A stretch of 64,000 nt of DNA from an uncultured Muribaculum sp. (GCA_964562595.1 CAZLUB010000003.1:17213-81212), one strand, 5' to 3'; shown: positions 35,444-45,702, numbered from the stretch's first letter. Translations and numbers: made by a program. Notes: generated from the letters alone by a model not told the origin.

Positions 35444-37582
35444 CTATTTCACCATCTCACAACCGGCCAAGCGATAACGCTTAACGCTATTTTTGCCCTG
35501 CCGTTGCATCTTTGCCTTGCCTTTTGTTGTAGAAAAATTTACAACATTATATTTCCCCGAAAGATAGTCAAGGCTTACGCCATCATCCTCATATAATCTA
35601 CATTCTCCAGTCTCTGCTCCATATACTTTGCAAGTGATATCAAAGACTGTTTCGGGAGTCACACATTGTACGGGAGCTGCCAATGGCAACACTGCCCCTT
35701 TCTTAACATACAGCGGCAATTGATCATACTCTGTAGTTACTTCATATTCGCGTCCGCCCTCATATACTACATTATTATTAAAGTCATACCATGTTCCATC
35801 AGGGAAATAAACCTTACGCGATTTACCCGGAGCATGTATCGGAGCTGCCATCAGCACATCGCCTATCATGTATTGATCACTTATTTCAAGTGTTTTTTTA
35901 TCGGTCGGATAATCCATCAACAACGGGCGGAAAGGAGGCGTACCATCAAGATGATACTTATAGAACGCGCTATAAATATATGGCAACAATTGCATTCTCA
36001 TTTCAATCAAAGTACGAGCATAATTTTCATACTCGGTAGCCTCCGGAAGAAACTCTCCGCGCTCATTTTTGCCTCGATCAAACTGCAACCACGGTGCATA
36101 CTGCAAATACCAAGCATTTACCATAGCCTGTGGAGACAATATGGTAGTCTGTAAACGATGAAAGAAATCATCAGCCGAGCCGGCTTCGCGCACTTCAGGG
36201 CACCACAATAATCCGCCAAAAGCCGCATTACACAAAGCCTGAATATACTCACGATGATTGTATGTGTCACTATAAAGCACAGCCGATCGCGATGACATAA
36301 ACAATCCCGACGCACGATAGTCATGATAAGTGCGTCGATTTTGCTCTCTATATATACCATCAACGACATCAAGATACAGAGCGCCAAAGAGTTGATGCAT
36401 GCGCTCGCCATCTAAGCCCGAAGGGAATTGTGTAATATCAGGGAAACACCATGTTGCCGAAGCATACGAAATATTAGAGTTGTCACACTCATCAAGTTTA
36501 AATCCCGACACTCCTTCTGCGACCAATCCACTATGATATTTTGCAAAAATGCCACGAGCCTGAGCAGTCAAAAAGTCAGGCACAACGCCTCCCCACACTA
36601 CAAAGTCACCCGAATAAGGCTCAATATCCTTGCGTATAGGCGATGATGGATGCACATAGGCATGTTCCCACAAGTTAACCTTATACCCCATTTTGTTTAA
36701 ATCAGTAAGCATATCGGCATGTGTTGGGAAGCGTTCATCACTCCATTTATAGGAACAAGAATATGCTGCAGTCTGCCATCCCGGTTCGAGTCCAAGCACA
36801 TCACATGGAATAGACTTTTCACGGAAATAATTAGCAAATCGCATAACCGAATCTTGCACTGCATCACCCTTAACACGATACTTAAATCCAAGTCCCCACA
36901 TTGGTGGCACACAACCTCCGCCAGAAAGAAGGTTATAACGTTTCACTACATCAATGAGTTCTGGTCCGGTAATTACAAACACTTCTATTCCTTTTGCCCC
37001 TGGTATATCTACATAGACGCGACCGCCACCGCCTCCTTGATTGCGATACAAGTCATCAGTTGTTGTCGCTATTTTTTTATCCTTGTCTGACAGCACACCG
37101 ACAAATGCATCATTCTTCCAGTTGCTTCCACACAAAAAGGTTGTGTAACGAGCCGTATTGACCAAAACGCCATAACCTTTTGTCGATACATAAAATGGTT
37201 GCGGTGCATGAGTATACCCAAGTCCATTGAGGGGATTATCATTGACTTTTGGAGTTTTTCGCAAACCACGTTGCTTAAAAGTTTCTATTTGCAAACCAAA
37301 TCCATAAAGTTCCTCTCCATCAGTTAATGGGATTTCAACCTTACAACCCCTATCCGTTATAAATATTTTCAAATCATTAATGTCAAAAGGCAATTTGCCC
37401 TCCGGAAGCTGAGCCATTGCCTCCACTTTAGGATTTCCCCCAAAGATTTCATACGGGGTATATTTATCAACTTCACCTTTTTGCAATTTAATAACTCCGG
37501 GAGCTATCTCAGTCTGCGCAAAAACCGACAATGCAACCGCTGCCATCGTAAAAAAAGACAATAGTCTGACTTTTCTATTCAT
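35444..37582 (-). CDS. Glycoside hydrolase family 31 (alpha-glucosidase/alpha-xylosidase type), secreted
   Basis: 712 aa with signal peptide 'AVALSVFAQ'. 'GVSGFKLDECDN' resembles the GH31 nucleophile segment. Confidence 0.75.
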   Translation of the reverse strand: MNRKVRLLSFFTMAAVALSVFAQTEIAPGVIKLQKGEVDKYTPYEIFGGNPKVEAMAQLPEGKLPFDINDLKIFITDRGCKVEIPLTDGEELYGFGLQIETFKQRGLRKTPKVNDNPLNGLGYTHAPQPFYVSTKGYGVLVNTARYTTFLCGSNWKNDAFVGVLSDKDKKIATTTDDLYRNQGGGGGRVYVDIPGAKGIEVFVITGPELIDVVKRYNLLSGGGCVPPMWGLGFKYRVKGDAVQDSVMRFANYFREKSIPCDVLGLEPGWQTAAYSCSYKWSDERFPTHADMLTDLNKMGYKVNLWEHAYVHPSSPIRKDIEPYSGDFVVWGGVVPDFLTAQARGIFAKYHSGLVAEGVSGFKLDECDNSNISYASATWCFPDITQFPSGLDGERMHQLFGALYLDVVDGIYREQNRRTYHDYRASGLFMSSRSAVLYSDTYNHREYIQALCNAAFGGLLWCPEVREAGSADDFFHRLQTTILSPQAMVNAWYLQYAPWLQFDRGKNERGEFLPEATEYENYARTLIEMRMQLLPYIYSAFYKYHLDGTPPFRPLLMDYPTDKKTLEISDQYMIGDVLMAAPIHAPGKSRKVYFPDGTWYDFNNNVVYEGGREYEVTTEYDQLPLYVKKGAVLPLAAPVQCVTPETVFDITCKVYGAETGECRLYEDDGVSLDYLSGKYNVVNFSTTKGKAKMQRQGKNSVKRYRLAGCEMVK

Positions 37583-37675
37583 ATTTGTATTATAATATTT
37601 ATGATTTTATTTAAAAGAGTATTTCCAATAACCAACCCACTAAAGCATATCTTTTTATTTTTTGATAAAAATACT

Positions 37676-37683
37676 TAATTTTG
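37676..37683 (+). promoter_or_regulatory. -7 box TAATTTTG for the HAD hydrolase gene
   Basis: 40 nt upstream of ATG 37723. It overlaps the track's TTG start at 37681, which argues against that start. Confidence 0.5.
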
Positions 37684-37722
37684 TCGATAAGAATCTTTTT
37701 TAGTCATTTCTTTAGGTATATC

Positions 37723-38442
37723 ATGCCCCTTTGCAACCAATATTCTCCAGATAAAATCGACCGCATATGGCTTGACCTTGATGATACCTTATGGGATTTC
37801 AAGGCCAATTCATTGCAATCCCTTTCCGAGTTATACGATGTTTACGGTCTTGAGCGTTACTATCAGTCAGTAGATCATTGGCGCAATGCCTACTTAAAGC
37901 TCAACCATCAACTTTGGGACCTATATGGGCACGGGCACATTACCAAAGACACGTTGATGCATGACCGTTTTTATAAGCCTCTAAACGAAGCCGGAGTTCC
38001 CGATTCTGAGAATTTATGGGAAATTTTCAGCAACGAATACCTTGATCGGCTTGCTCGACAGACTAAACTTGTCGACGGGGCGCGCCAACTTCTCGACCAC
38101 ATACACCGACAAGGTTATGCTACCGGAATGCTATCTAATGGATTTAAGGAAGTACAATTTCGCAAGCTCAACAACTCAGGGCTGACCAACGATATTGACA
38201 TAGTCATACTCAGTGACGACATCGGCATCAACAAACCCGACAAACGACTGTTTGACCATGCCCTATCAGTTGTTGGAGAACGGCCGGAGCGCAGTCTACT
38301 CATAGGGGACAACCCCGACACCGACATTTGTGGAGCGCTTAATGCCGGATGGCATGCAATTTTTTTCGACCGCGAAAATCACGGCGACATAGACAATTGC
38401 ATGCGCGTCACCTCGCTCCTCGATATAATCAAAATAATATAA
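37723..38442 (+). CDS. HAD family hydrolase (YjjG-like nucleotidase type)
   Basis: Motif I 'WLDLDDTLWDF' (DxDxT), motif IV 'IGDNPDTDI'. Confidence 0.8.
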   Translation: MPLCNQYSPDKIDRIWLDLDDTLWDFKANSLQSLSELYDVYGLERYYQSVDHWRNAYLKLNHQLWDLYGHGHITKDTLMHDRFYKPLNEAGVPDSENLWEIFSNEYLDRLARQTKLVDGARQLLDHIHRQGYATGMLSNGFKEVQFRKLNNSGLTNDIDIVILSDDIGINKPDKRLFDHALSVVGERPERSLLIGDNPDTDICGALNAGWHAIFFDRENHGDIDNCMRVTSLLDIIKII

Positions 38443-38446
38443 CCCG

Positions 38447-39225
38447 ATGTTGTTTATATTGATTACTTGCCTTTTCGTGCTCCTTGTAGTATGGAAAGTG
38501 TGGACATCATCGCCAATAAATATTGGCAAACTCGGAGAAACTCGTGTTGCAATAAAGCTTGACCGCTTACCGAAAGGATATATTACCATAAATGACGTTT
38601 TATTACCAACCCACGCAGAACTACACAAATAGACCATCTGGTGATTTCTCAGTACGGCATCTTCGTAATCGAAACCAAAAATTATAAAGGATGGATACTG
38701 GGGCACGAAAACTCAGAATACTGGACCCAAAGCCTTATCGGTCGCAGCTGGATAAATCATAAACACAATTTTCGAAACCCCATTAAGCAAAACGATTCTC
38801 ATGTAAAAGCCTTAAAAAGACTGTTGAAAGATATCGGAGACTTCAAAATCATTCCGATTATTGTTTTTTCTGACAATGCGACTCTCAAAACAACAACACC
38901 ATACAACACCGTAATAAATTGGTCTCAACTACGTTCTACTATTTTGGCTCATCACACCAAATGCATATCTATCACGGATTTACCCAAAATAATCAAACAA
39001 ATCGACCTTGCAAATGTGACCAATCAAGTTAGCAGAAACAATCATGCCATATACGTGCAATCAATACAACACAAAAAAGAGATTGCATTGGATAATTTCA
39101 ATTGTCCGAAATGCGGACATCCATTGACTGAGCGATACGGTATAAATGGCCAATTTATAGGTTGCACCAATTATCCAAAATGCAAGTTTACCACACAAAA
39201 ACTATCGCACATAAACAATAGCTAA
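38447..39225 (+). pseudogene. NERD-domain protein with a C-terminal topoisomerase-type C4 zinc finger, split by a 1-nt frameshift
   Basis: Frame A (38447-38632) ends ...INDVLLPTHAELHK*. Frame B is open from 38596 and reads ..RRTTQIDHLVISQYGIFVIETKNYKGWILG..., the NERD core. The C-terminus is 'CPKCGHPLTERYGINGQFIGCTNYPKCKFT'. The two track ORFs (61 aa and 194 aa) are halves of one gene. Confidence 0.8.
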
Positions 39226-39356
39226 GCCAAACATTCATGGACACTACAAATTATGGTGCTACAATTAACTCTATGAAAAACGCCCGTCAATAGCAACGAT
39301 AGTAATGCCTTATCTAATATCTAAAATCTTTTACCGAACAATTGACTATACCAGCT

Positions 39357-40181
39357 CTATTTTGTAGCATCGGCAATACCGCGCAGATAACCTATCGATT
39401 CGGCAACTCCAGGATGTGGATTATGAGCATTTTTCTCGAACTCCAATGACACAACTCCTTTATAATCAATCTGACGCAAAACATTAACAATGGGGCGGAA
39501 GTCCATTACTCCACGACCCATCTCCCATGTTTGTCCATTTTTTGATGGTTCGGTTACATCTTTTATATGGATGTCAAAAATCCAATTCTTATACTTCTTA
39601 ATATCTTTGATTATATCCTCGCCCATACGAACAGAGTGTCCAAGATCCATGCAACAACCGACACCATTTTCAATATTTTTAAACACCTCTACTACTTTAG
39701 AGATATTGGGGAATGGCTGACCATCAGGGCCATGAGTATGAACCGCCACTTTGATACCGGTCTCTTTCACCTTCTTAATTATGTAGTCAGCAAGATCATA
39801 TGTAGGAACTCCTATAAACATTTTTGCCCCATAACGCTTGGCATAGGCAAAAGCATTATCAGCATCAGCTTCGGTATGCATGTAAATCGGGCCTAGAATA
39901 TAAGGGTCAACACCATACTCTTTACATTTGGTTTTAAATGCCTCCATCTGCTCCTCCGTCGAGTTAAGCGGCAACCACCAATCTTTGACAGATAGATACT
40001 TTACATTCATGCCTTTGAGGAATTCCAGAGTCTGATCAATCTCATAGTTGCGATATGTAAATCCGGCCACACCGATTTTGAAGTCATCCGAGCCCCTATA
40101 TCCATTAACAATCTGTGCTACAGCAGACATCATAAACGACTGGGCAATCACCAACAACAATACTTTAAAAACTTTTTTCAT
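39357..40181 (-). CDS. Secreted sugar phosphate isomerase/epimerase (xylose isomerase-like TIM barrel)
   Basis: The start is set at ATG 40181 (MKKVFKVLLLVIAQSFMMSAVAQ, a signal peptide). 'GVGCCMDLGH' and 'IFDIHIKD' fit the AP_endonuc_2 fold. Confidence 0.7.
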   Translation of the reverse strand: MKKVFKVLLLVIAQSFMMSAVAQIVNGYRGSDDFKIGVAGFTYRNYEIDQTLEFLKGMNVKYLSVKDWWLPLNSTEEQMEAFKTKCKEYGVDPYILGPIYMHTEADADNAFAYAKRYGAKMFIGVPTYDLADYIIKKVKETGIKVAVHTHGPDGQPFPNISKVVEVFKNIENGVGCCMDLGHSVRMGEDIIKDIKKYKNWIFDIHIKDVTEPSKNGQTWEMGRGVMDFRPIVNVLRQIDYKGVVSLEFEKNAHNPHPGVAESIGYLRGIADATK

Positions 40182-40229
40182 GGATAGTAATTTAAAAAAA
40201 ATCAATATAAATCTATTTATCGGACAAAA

Positions 40230-40490
40230 TTATTTGTGACGCCACCATCGTTTTATCCTTACCACCCCTTCTTTACCCAATATCAACAAGGCCGAATATT
40301 GAGCAGTCTTGGCTAAGCCGAAAAAAACGACCCACAACACACCTTTAGTCGTGGCACTAATCGGCAAAGAAAACTGGATAAACGAAATTGCATAAAATAC
40401 TATACAAAACACCAGCACAATCAAGCCGGTACGAAACGATAGCCCTGAGAGCCATTGTTTCAAATGCGATAACACGATTTTTACATTCAT
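40230..40490 (-). CDS. Small two-TM membrane protein (transporter-suffix-domain-like)
   Basis: 86 aa. Two hydrophobic helices precede a basic tail 'GKEGVVRIKRWWRHK'. The family name is from memory. Confidence 0.5.
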   Translation of the reverse strand: MNVKIVLSHLKQWLSGLSFRTGLIVLVFCIVFYAISFIQFSLPISATTKGVLWVVFFGLAKTAQYSALLILGKEGVVRIKRWWRHK

Positions 40491-40496
40491 TTACGC

Positions 40497-40504
40497 CAAA
40501 GTTA
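40497..40504 (-). promoter_or_regulatory. -7 box TAACTTTG 6 nt upstream of the 86-aa ORF start
   Basis: The + strand reads CAAAGTTA. This implies a leaderless mRNA. Confidence 0.4.
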
Positions 40505-40598
40505 GCAAATTTTTTGTTAATATTGCATAAGGGACTCATTAATAGCCAAAAAATCAACAGCCCCCAAAAAATCTAATTGCAATTCCACCGATTTACAC

Positions 40599-40606
40599 TA
40601 TCTTTG
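40599..40606 (+). promoter_or_regulatory. -7 box TATCTTTG for the aminotransferase gene
   Basis: 38 nt upstream of ATG 40644. Confidence 0.5.
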
Positions 40607-40643
40607 CAACTAAATTTATCACAACACATAATCAACACAACAG

Positions 40644-41837
40644 ATGATCAGCATTTCCAAACGTGTAGAATCTCTGGCACCTTCGCAAACACTTGCGATG
40701 TCGCAAAAGAGTAATGAGTTGAAAGCTCAAGGTATTGACGTAATCAACCTCTCTGTAGGCGAACCCGACTTCAACACTCCCGACCACATAAAAGACGCAG
40801 CGAAACAAGCCGTCGATAATAACTTTACGTTTTACTCTCCGGTTCCGGGGTATATGTCGCTTCGTAAAGCAATAGTGGACAAATTGAAAAAAGAAAACGG
40901 ATTGGACTACGCTCCTGAGCAAATAGTTGTATCGGGAGGAGCAAAACACTCGTTGTGCAATGTCATACAAGCAATAATCAACCCCGGCGACGAAGTCATA
41001 ATACCCACTCCAGCTTGGGTAAGTTACGTCGAAATGGTACATCTGGCTGAAGGGAAAAACGTACTTGTTCCGGCAACTATCGAACAAGACTTTAAAATCA
41101 CTCCCAAACAATTGCGCGATGCCATAACCGACCGCACTCGCCTTATAATAATATGTTCACCATCCAATCCTACCGGAAGTGTATATACTCATGATGAATT
41201 AAAAGCACTCGTTGATGTACTGAAAGATTATCCCGATATTCTCATCCTCGCTGATGAAATATATGAGCACATCAACTTTACCGGCTCATTCACATCTCTG
41301 GCGTCATTCCCTGAAATCGCCGAACGTACATGTATTGTCAATGGGGTCTCCAAAGCTTATGCAATGACCGGATGGCGTATTGGTTTTATTGCAGCTCCAC
41401 TGTGGCTTGCTAAGGCTTGCAACAAATTGCAAAGCCAATACACCTCAGGAAGTTCGTCAATAGCACAAAAGGCAGCCGAAGCAGCCTATTCCGGCCCACA
41501 AGATTGCATTGAAGAGATGCGCAAAGCTTTTGAACGCCGTCGCGACCTCGTTGTGAAACTTGCAAGCGAAATTCCCGGATTGAAAGTCAATCAGCCTCAA
41601 GGAGCGTTCTACTTATTCCCCGAAGTGTCAAGCTACTTTGGAAAACGATATGGCAACCACGTAATAAACACCGATGACGACTTGGCCATGTATCTACTTG
41701 AAGAAGGGCACGTTGCCACAGTTTCCGGGACAGCGTTCTGCATGCCGGGTTACATACGTCTCAGCTACGCCACAAGCGATGACAACATCCGTGAGGCCAT
41801 GAAACGCATAGCTGATGCTCTTGCCAAACTGCAATAA
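40644..41837 (+). CDS. aspC: Class I PLP-dependent aminotransferase (aspartate aminotransferase type)
   Basis: 397 aa. 'SKAYAMTGWRIG' is the PLP-lysine segment; also 'NPSNPTG'. Confidence 0.88.
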   Translation: MISISKRVESLAPSQTLAMSQKSNELKAQGIDVINLSVGEPDFNTPDHIKDAAKQAVDNNFTFYSPVPGYMSLRKAIVDKLKKENGLDYAPEQIVVSGGAKHSLCNVIQAIINPGDEVIIPTPAWVSYVEMVHLAEGKNVLVPATIEQDFKITPKQLRDAITDRTRLIIICSPSNPTGSVYTHDELKALVDVLKDYPDILILADEIYEHINFTGSFTSLASFPEIAERTCIVNGVSKAYAMTGWRIGFIAAPLWLAKACNKLQSQYTSGSSSIAQKAAEAAYSGPQDCIEEMRKAFERRRDLVVKLASEIPGLKVNQPQGAFYLFPEVSSYFGKRYGNHVINTDDDLAMYLLEEGHVATVSGTAFCMPGYIRLSYATSDDNIREAMKRIADALAKLQ

Positions 41838-41844
41838 CAAGTAA

Positions 41845-43962
41845 ATGAGACAAAATGACTCTACGACATACATGCGTCTATTGTTGGTAGCAATTATTGC
41901 TTCCATTTTAGCCGCATGCGCTTCCATTGGCCGCCCAACGGGAGGAGAATATGACATAGAGCCGCCAAAATACGTCACAAGCAATCCCTTGCCTCGATCT
42001 ACAGGTCACAACGGCAACCGCATCACTATCGACTTCAACGAAAATATAAAAGTTGAAGATGCAATAAACAAAGTTGTAGTTTCTCCGGCTCAAAAAGCCA
42101 TCCCCAAAATTTCGGCAAACGGTCGCAGGCTTACTATCGACATACAAGACTCGTTAGTTCCCAACACGACCTACACAATAGATTTTTCCGATGCCATACG
42201 CGACTTAAACGAAAGCAACGAACTTGATGGTTTTGCAATAGACTTTGCAACAGGCGATTCCATCGATTCTTTGCGCATATCGGGAATGATATTTGAGGCA
42301 CGCACACTCGAACCGGCACAAGGCATGATCGTAGGGGTATATAGCAACTTGTCAGACACCGCCATAACCACATTGCCAATGGAGAGAATTGCAAAAACCA
42401 ACCAACTTGGGCAGTTCACCATAAGAGGCATAAAACCGGGGACATACCGATTATTTGCAGTTAATGACATCAACCGCGACTATCATTGGGATCGGTCGGA
42501 AGACGTAGCCTTTTACGATTCTCTGATAGTCCCATCGGTCATACCTAAATCAGTCAATGATACGCTCAAAACCCATGACGGACTAAACGACTCGATTGTA
42601 GTACGCCACGGAGTGGAATTTTTGCCCAACGACATATTATTGACTTGGTTTAATGAAGGATATAAAGCTCAGTATCTTCAAGATTATTCACGCGAAGAAC
42701 GGCGCAAACTCACAATACAGTTTGCGGCACAAAGTGACACACTGCCTTCAATAACTTTGCTCAACGAGCCTCGACAAGGCTACAACATCGAGAAATGGGC
42801 CATACTCAGCCGCAGTGAAAACAATGACACGCTCAACTACTACATAACCGACACATTGGTATCTAATTTAGACACCTTAAAACTGGCGCTGAGGTATCTG
42901 CGCACTGACACATTGCAAAATCTCACATGGGGCGACGATACAATCAGAGTCATATATAAAGCGCCTAAAGTCAACACTAAAGAACTCGAGAAAAAGAAGA
43001 AAAAAGAGGAAGAACGCAAAGCCGAAGAACGAAAGAAGTTTGAAGAACTTGGTGACTCCTTGGCTCTTGATTCGCTCGACAGCATAGCCTCAATACCTCC
43101 AATACCGCAATTGACACATATTGACATCAAGGCTAAATCGGGAACCACCCAAGACGTAAATCTACCTATATATATTGAGTTTAACCAGCCTATAGACACA
43201 ATCATACGCCAAGGGTTGCATTTTGAGCAATTACGCGACACACTCTGGGATACCATAGCCATGCCTGACTTCAAAATGGTTAACAGCCATAACCGCATGC
43301 TTTACAACTTCAACCACCAATGGGAGCCGGCTACAAAATATAGATTTACCATAGACTCGGCTTGCGTCGTTGGAGCATATAATGAATGGAATACTCCCTT
43401 CAAACATGAGTTTACAACTCGCGCACTCGAAGACTACTCGGCCTTATTCCTTAATATATCAGGTGTTGATAGTTGTGGAATAGTAGAATTGCTTGGCTCC
43501 GACGACAAAGTCATACGCACAGCACCTGTTGAAAATGGCTCAGCGGCAATCGAATATTTGCAACCGGCGACCTATTATCTAAGACTTTACATAGATCGCA
43601 ACCGCAATGACAAATGGGATACCGGTAGTGTCAACGAGATGACACAACCCGAAGAAGTATATTATTACCCTAAAAAGATTACATTAAAAAAGAACTGGGA
43701 TGTAGAGCAGTCATGGAACATTGACGAATTGCCCATAGACCACCAGAAACCTACCGAGATAAAGAAAAACAAGCCCAAGGAAAAGAAACGCAGGCGCAAC
43801 CCCGACGGAACCTATGTAGACGATAGCAACCAAAGCGAAAACGGATACAATGAGGAGGAAGAAGATGACTATTACGATGACAACAACGCATTTGGTCCGG
43901 CCGGAAGTCGCAACTCTTTTGGAAACACCGGCGCTTTTAACCGCCTTGGAGGCCTACATTAA
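41845..43962 (+). CDS. Ig-like domain-containing lipoprotein with KE-rich and acidic low-complexity regions
   Basis: 705 aa with lipobox 'ILAAC'. An alternative start is ATG 41872. Central 'KELEKKKKKEEERKAEERKK' and a C-terminal 'NEEEEDDYYDDNN' tail. Confidence 0.6.
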   Translation: MRQNDSTTYMRLLLVAIIASILAACASIGRPTGGEYDIEPPKYVTSNPLPRSTGHNGNRITIDFNENIKVEDAINKVVVSPAQKAIPKISANGRRLTIDIQDSLVPNTTYTIDFSDAIRDLNESNELDGFAIDFATGDSIDSLRISGMIFEARTLEPAQGMIVGVYSNLSDTAITTLPMERIAKTNQLGQFTIRGIKPGTYRLFAVNDINRDYHWDRSEDVAFYDSLIVPSVIPKSVNDTLKTHDGLNDSIVVRHGVEFLPNDILLTWFNEGYKAQYLQDYSREERRKLTIQFAAQSDTLPSITLLNEPRQGYNIEKWAILSRSENNDTLNYYITDTLVSNLDTLKLALRYLRTDTLQNLTWGDDTIRVIYKAPKVNTKELEKKKKKEEERKAEERKKFEELGDSLALDSLDSIASIPPIPQLTHIDIKAKSGTTQDVNLPIYIEFNQPIDTIIRQGLHFEQLRDTLWDTIAMPDFKMVNSHNRMLYNFNHQWEPATKYRFTIDSACVVGAYNEWNTPFKHEFTTRALEDYSALFLNISGVDSCGIVELLGSDDKVIRTAPVENGSAAIEYLQPATYYLRLYIDRNRNDKWDTGSVNEMTQPEEVYYYPKKITLKKNWDVEQSWNIDELPIDHQKPTEIKKNKPKEKKRRRNPDGTYVDDSNQSENGYNEEEEDDYYDDNNAFGPAGSRNSFGNTGAFNRLGGLH

Positions 43963-43995
43963 TACATCACAACTCCGACTTTAAAATCAAACGAA

Positions 43996-44826
43996 ATGGG
44001 AGCATGCAATCTTGAAAAAGAACTCATCAAAGAGCCTCGCTTATGCCACCTTGCGCTACGATTGAGTGACGAGGCGTTGCATGTCATGATATACAATCCC
44101 ATAGAGGACAACTCTCTAATCTATAGAGAAATTTCATTCGGTAATGTGGCTCTCACTCAATTAAAGGCATTTGAAGAAGCCGTATACGATAATCCGGTTT
44201 TGCTTAGCGACTTCAAACACATCGACATCATCGTTGATACCCCACACTATGTCATTGTGCCTACAGAATTAGCGGAAGACACACATCTGATCGATGCCAT
44301 AGTTGCCAAGTCATTGCCCGAAGTAGAAGGAGATATAATTGAATGCCCTATCGATGCACAGAAAGCCACGCTCTTGATGGTCCTGGACACCAATTTAGTC
44401 GGGTTTATGCGTCGCACGTTCAACAACCCCGGCATCAGTCACAATCTCGTGCCTCTGTGCAAATATTTTTATTACAAACATCGATGGAACAACACCGGCC
44501 GCATGTTTGCTAATTTAAGTTCAAAACGCCTTGACTTAATCGTTTTCGGCCCAGATCGGCTACGCATGGCCAATTCGTTTACCTACCGAGATCCTATGGA
44601 TGCTGCATACTACATCCTTTCGTGCCGAAACTCTCTGGGACTGAATGCCGAAACCGATGAGATGCTACTCGCCGGCGACTGTAAGTCGCGCGACATCCTT
44701 ACTCCCATACTGCGAAAGTACCTTGGCTACGTCATGCCCGAAGTATTTCCTTCGACAATGTTCAAAGCCGGAAAAGATGCAATGCTTGCTCCATTTGATT
44801 TGATAGTTATACCATTATGCGAATAA
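43996..44826 (+). CDS. DUF3822-like protein
   Basis: 276 aa. It overlaps rsmD by 10 nt, and the DUF3822-rsmD pairing is common in Bacteroidota. The family name is from memory. Confidence 0.55.
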   Translation: MGACNLEKELIKEPRLCHLALRLSDEALHVMIYNPIEDNSLIYREISFGNVALTQLKAFEEAVYDNPVLLSDFKHIDIIVDTPHYVIVPTELAEDTHLIDAIVAKSLPEVEGDIIECPIDAQKATLLMVLDTNLVGFMRRTFNNPGISHNLVPLCKYFYYKHRWNNTGRMFANLSSKRLDLIVFGPDRLRMANSFTYRDPMDAAYYILSCRNSLGLNAETDEMLLAGDCKSRDILTPILRKYLGYVMPEVFPSTMFKAGKDAMLAPFDLIVIPLCE

Positions 44827-45353
44827 TCAGAGGAAAATACGGTCGTCGACGTTTCGACGTTCCTAACAATATTTCAGCTCGTCCGACAACCGACTTTGCA
44901 CGAGAAAACCTATTTAATGTACTTGAAAACATTGTCGATTTTGACGGGATGTCGGCTTTAGATTTGTTCGCCGGCACCGGAGCCATTTCTTTTGAATTTT
45001 TATCAAGAGGTTGTGCTCCCGTCACCGCTGTCGAGAAAGCAAATACCCAATATAATTTTATCAAAAAAGTCGCACAACAACTCAATGAACAAAATTTAAG
45101 GTTAATCAAAGGGGATGTGTTTAAATTTATAGAAACATGCAACACTAAATTTGATCTAATATTTGCAGACCCTCCTTACGATTTACCTCGTTTTGACGAA
45201 ATACCCAATTTGCTACTGAACTCGGCAATGCTTAAACATGGGACAATCATAATCATAGAGCATTCAAAAGCCTATGATTTCTCAACACTTCCACATTTTA
45301 CAAATCGGCGCACATACGGATCGGTAAACTTCTCTATCTTCGAAATCTCATAA
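44817..45353 (+). CDS. rsmD: 16S rRNA (guanine966-N2)-methyltransferase
   Basis: 178 aa. 'RPTTDFARENLFN', 'LDLFAGTGAISFE', 'FADPPYD'. Confidence 0.88.
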   Translation: MRIIRGKYGRRRFDVPNNISARPTTDFARENLFNVLENIVDFDGMSALDLFAGTGAISFEFLSRGCAPVTAVEKANTQYNFIKKVAQQLNEQNLRLIKGDVFKFIETCNTKFDLIFADPPYDLPRFDEIPNLLLNSAMLKHGTIIIIEHSKAYDFSTLPHFTNRRTYGSVNFSIFEIS

Positions 45354-45448
45354 TAATCTTAGAGACAATCAACGATGGCATGGCAAGGTGACACATTTTA
45401 AATGTAATTTTCATTGACGCCACCAACTGTTTTTGGCAACATTACCAC

Positions 45449-45478
45449 AAAAAAAGAGCGAAACTGTATGCTTCGCTC
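45449..45478 (-). terminator. Rho-independent terminator after tRNA-Lys
   Basis: Minus strand reads GAGCGAA-gcatacagt-TTCGCTC followed by TTTTTTT. Confidence 0.75.
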
Positions 45479-45482
45479 CTAG

Positions 45483-45555
45483 TGACCCCGGAGAGGCTCG
45501 AACTCTCGACCCAATGATTAAGAGTCATTTGCTCTACCAACTGAGCTACGGAGTC
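45483..45555 (-). tRNA. tRNA-Lys (anticodon CTT)
   Basis: Reverse complement: GACTCCGTAGCTCAGTTGGTAGAGCAAATGACTCTTAATCATTGGGTCGAGAGTTCGAGCCTCTCCGGGGTCA. Anticodon loop CT-CTT-AA. 73 nt. Confidence 0.9.
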
Positions 45556-45576
45556 ATCGTTTTCTTAATTGCGATG

Positions 45577-45584
45577 CAAAGGTA
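45577..45584 (-). promoter_or_regulatory. -7 box TACCTTTG for tRNA-Lys
   Basis: The + strand reads CAAAGGTA, 22 nt upstream of the tRNA 5' end. Confidence 0.55.
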
Positions 45585-45702
45585 GTGCAAATTTTGAAAC
45601 CGGCAAAATTTTTCCCTATTTTTTTATTTAAGTATCTCCAAAAATGCTGAAAACTTTTTTAAGTTTTTGCATCAATGACTTGCATGCTACAATTATTTAT
45701 TA

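Noticed and set aside
7598-37582. Glycoside hydrolases (GH127-like, GH43, GH31) forming a polysaccharide utilisation locus
   Set aside because: They are dispersed among housekeeping genes. No SusC/SusD pair, hybrid two-component sensor or ECF/anti-sigma pair occurs anywhere in the window.
40632-41111. 159-aa minus-strand ORF
   Set aside because: It is entirely antisense to the well-supported aminotransferase gene. No family is recognisable.
42960-43900. Purine-rich repetitive DNA (AAGAAGAAAAAAGAGGAAGAA..., GAGGAGGAAGAAGATGAC...)
   Set aside because: It lies in frame inside the 705-aa Ig-like lipoprotein gene and encodes KE-rich and acidic low-complexity segments. It is not a non-coding repeat or a CRISPR array.
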